A DNA stretch of 64,000 nt, from the IMG/VR virus record IMGVR_UViG_3300045747_000505. The stretch is one strand, 5' to 3'. Made by a program: the position numbers and the translations under genes. The notes beneath the pieces are model-generated. The model was given only the letters and a program-made list of their open reading frames with translations. It was not told where the DNA came from and ran no database searches. The DNA is from a virus (Duplodnaviria; Caudoviricetes). This document shows, one piece after another, positions 62,238-64,000 of the stretch (the stretch's first letter is position 1; every line of letters starts with the position of its first letter).

Positions 62238-64000
62238 TTAGGTGCGCTGGTAGTACAGCGTGACCTTGAGACCCTTGGCACCAGCGCCAGCCGCTGCGAT
62301 GTCAAGGGTAAACTCTGCATCGTCGGCGATCGTCGTAGTGATAAGCGTCGTTGCTGCAGCAGCGGTGGTGCTTGTCTTCTCAGCTGCATCAATGGTCAGC
62401 TTGGCAACTCCAAGAATTGAAGTGCCATTGACCTTGACGTCCACCGAGGTCGTGCCCGTGCCAGCGCTCGAAAGACCTGCACGCGGAATCTGATAGAGCG
62501 TCATCGCGTACGGCGCACGGAAGGTAACCTTCGCGGTGCCCGTGCTCAATGCCGTCGTCTCATCGCTGAGCGCAATGACCATGAACTCGCCGCTGTCCTT
62601 CCAGACCGGTGATGCTGCACCGGCAGAGGTAAGCACTTGACCCGTGGTACCAGTTGCCGTGCCAGTTGCGCCGAAGCTGACGCCGCCAGTTGATGTGACG
62701 CGCATCTTTTCGGTGCTACCAGCAACGAACGAAACGTAGCCAGCTTGACCAAGAATGGCGTTGCCTGAGGTGTCAAGCGAAAGCGTTGGCGCTGTAGTAC
62801 CCGCCGAGCTATAACCAAGACGAACAGCTGCCGTTGAGCTGCGCAGCACGAGGTCACCAGCAAGCGTGCCAGTGAAGTGTTGAGCAGCAACGCCGGTCAC
62901 ACCAATGACCGCTTCAGCCGCAGCGCGACCAAGGTCAAGCCAAGATGCCACCGCTGTGGTAGAGCGAATCGCGACGGCAGCACCAGCGGCTGTGCCCGTG
63001 AAGGTGGTGGTCGGTGCTGTGTAGACACCGTTGCCAGCAGCAAGAACGCCACCAGCACCAACAATCTGAATTGTTCCAGTTGAGCCAGCGGTTGAAAGAC
63101 CACCAGGCATTGACGTCCACGCCGGTGCCGTGGTTGCGCCAGTTGACATCAGCACTTGACCCGACGTGCCAGTGGCGGTGCCGCCTGTGCCAACAGACCA
63201 TGCGCCATTTGCAAGAACGCGTAGGCGTTCGGTGGTGCCAGTCTTGACCATCAACGCAGACGAGTTGAGCGTCAGCGTGTCAGCGACGTTGGTAGTGATG
63301 GTCGTGTTGCTCGCGGTGCCGCCAAGCAGCAGCGTCGAGGTGCTGGTCACCCAAGCCAGATTGGCAGAGAATGCCGTCGCGCTGCCTGCTGATTGGAATG
63401 GGATTTGGCTGGCTGCACCGCCGAGAAGGTTGGTTGCCGTTGAAGCGCTGACAGTACCCCATGATGAGTTGATGCCGTCAGTGGTCAGCACCTTGCCAGA
63501 GTTGCCCGACTGTGCCGGTAGCACTGAGTCAGGCGTGATGGTTGACCACACCGCTGCCGTACCGTTCGTGATGAGCGCTTTGCCGGCGTTGCCGACTTGC
63601 GACGGTAGCAGCGTTGAAGCTGAGATGGCAGCCCAAGAGCTGTTGGTGCCATCTGACGTCAGGAACTGCGTAGCGTGTCCGGCTTGTGCCGGCAGAATCG
63701 CGTTGGCTGAGAATGCAGTCCAAGAGATTGTCGTGCCGTCTGTGCCAAGATACTTGCCGCTGTTGCCAGTGATTGCTGGCAACACGTTGGACGCTGAAAC
63801 AGTGGACCAAGATGAGTTCGTACCGTCGGTGGTCAAAACCTTGTTGGCATTGCCAGCTTGAGACGGCAGCAAACCAGTCAACGCAGCCGAAGCGGTTGTA
63901 GCGCCGGTACCACCAGATGCGATGTTGAGCGTGCCACCGAGCGTCAGCGTGCCAGTCGTGGTAATTGGACCACCAGCGAGCGTGAGACCTGTCGTGCCAC
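62238..64000 (-). CDS. Tail-fibre-like protein, 5' end beyond the right edge; five 29-aa repeats
   Basis: Frame open from 63998 (GTTGLTLAGGPITT...); LP.Q.GN.GK.L.TDG...SW repeats; TTERLRV and GQVLTS fibre motifs. Confidence 0.85.
   Translation of the reverse strand, partial: GTTGLTLAGGPITTTGTLTLGGTLNIASGGTGATTASAALTGLLPSQAGNANKVLTTDGTNSSWSTVSASNVLPAITGNSGKYLGTDGTTISWTAFSANAILPAQAGHATQFLTSDGTNSSWAAISASTLLPSQVGNAGKALITNGTAAVWSTITPDSVLPAQSGNSGKVLTTDGINSSWGTVSASTATNLLGGAASQIPFQSAGSATAFSANLAWVTSTSTLLLGGTASNTTITTNVADTLTLNSSALMVKTGTTERLRVLANGAWSVGTGGTATGTSGQVLMSTGATTAPAWTSMPGGLSTAGSTGTIQIVGAGGVLAAGNGVYTAPTTTFTGTAAGAAVAIRSTTAVASWLDLGRAAAEAVIGVTGVAAQHFTGTLAGDLVLRSSTAAVRLGYSSAGTTAPTLSLDTSGNAILGQAGYVSFVAGSTEKMRVTSTGGVSFGATGTATGTTGQVLTSAGAASPVWKDSGEFMVIALSDETTALSTGTAKVTFRAPYAMTLYQIPRAGLSSAGTGTTSVDVKVNGTSILGVAKLTIDAAEKTSTTAAAATTLITTTIADDAEFTLDIAAAGAGAKGLKVTLYYQRT

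Noticed and set aside
1-64000. Stop-codon reassignment
   Set aside because: Known proteins (ThyA, topo II, PhoH, KptA, Rnl1) are full length in the standard code and gene junctions use normal TAA/TGA coupling
43253-64000. Diversity-generating retroelement targeting fibre C-termini
   Set aside because: No reverse transcriptase, and no near-identical template/variable repeat pair differing at adenines noticed by eye; a full self-alignment was not run

Overview
64-kb segment of a large, GC-rich T4-related (probably jumbo) myophage genome. No capsid or terminase gene lies in the window; the assignment rests on T4-type TAAATA late promoters, a gp39/60 + gp52-type topoisomerase II, phage-type thyA/phoH/RNA ligase and about 25 kb of fibre-like structural genes. 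Layout: structural fibre genes at 1-11.4 kb (mostly minus strand), 40.3-52.9 kb, 58.6-60.7 kb and 62.2-64 kb. Early/accessory blocks at 11.5-39.3 kb and 53-62 kb encode a DinG helicase, guanylate kinase, SIS isomerase, NTP-transferase/kinase fusion, topo II, two J-domain proteins, SLOG, Tpt1/KptA, an odd SF2 ATPase, a DNA-glycosyltransferase-like protein, ThyA, a macrodomain, an ADP-ribosyltransferase, Rnl1 and PhoH. Strongest leads: (1) seven late-promoter-driven proteins with T4 internal-protein-like N-termini ending in [ILV]-x-E, including a Pol-beta nucleotidyltransferase + KxDG ligase-like pair, a protein kinase and an ART, i.e. a candidate injected modification toolkit; (2) a recurrent GTAAC...GTTAC palindromic element that overlaps upstream stop codons and sits 36-38 bp before sigma70 -10 boxes; (3) an SF2 ATPase whose Walker A is at the extreme C-terminus (apparent circular permutation), next to a glycosyltransferase and thyA; (4) a candidate NDP-pentose pathway for DNA glycosylation. 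No tRNA, rRNA, CRISPR array, integrase, transposase, intron or intein was recognised. All family calls come from motifs read by eye; no database search was run.
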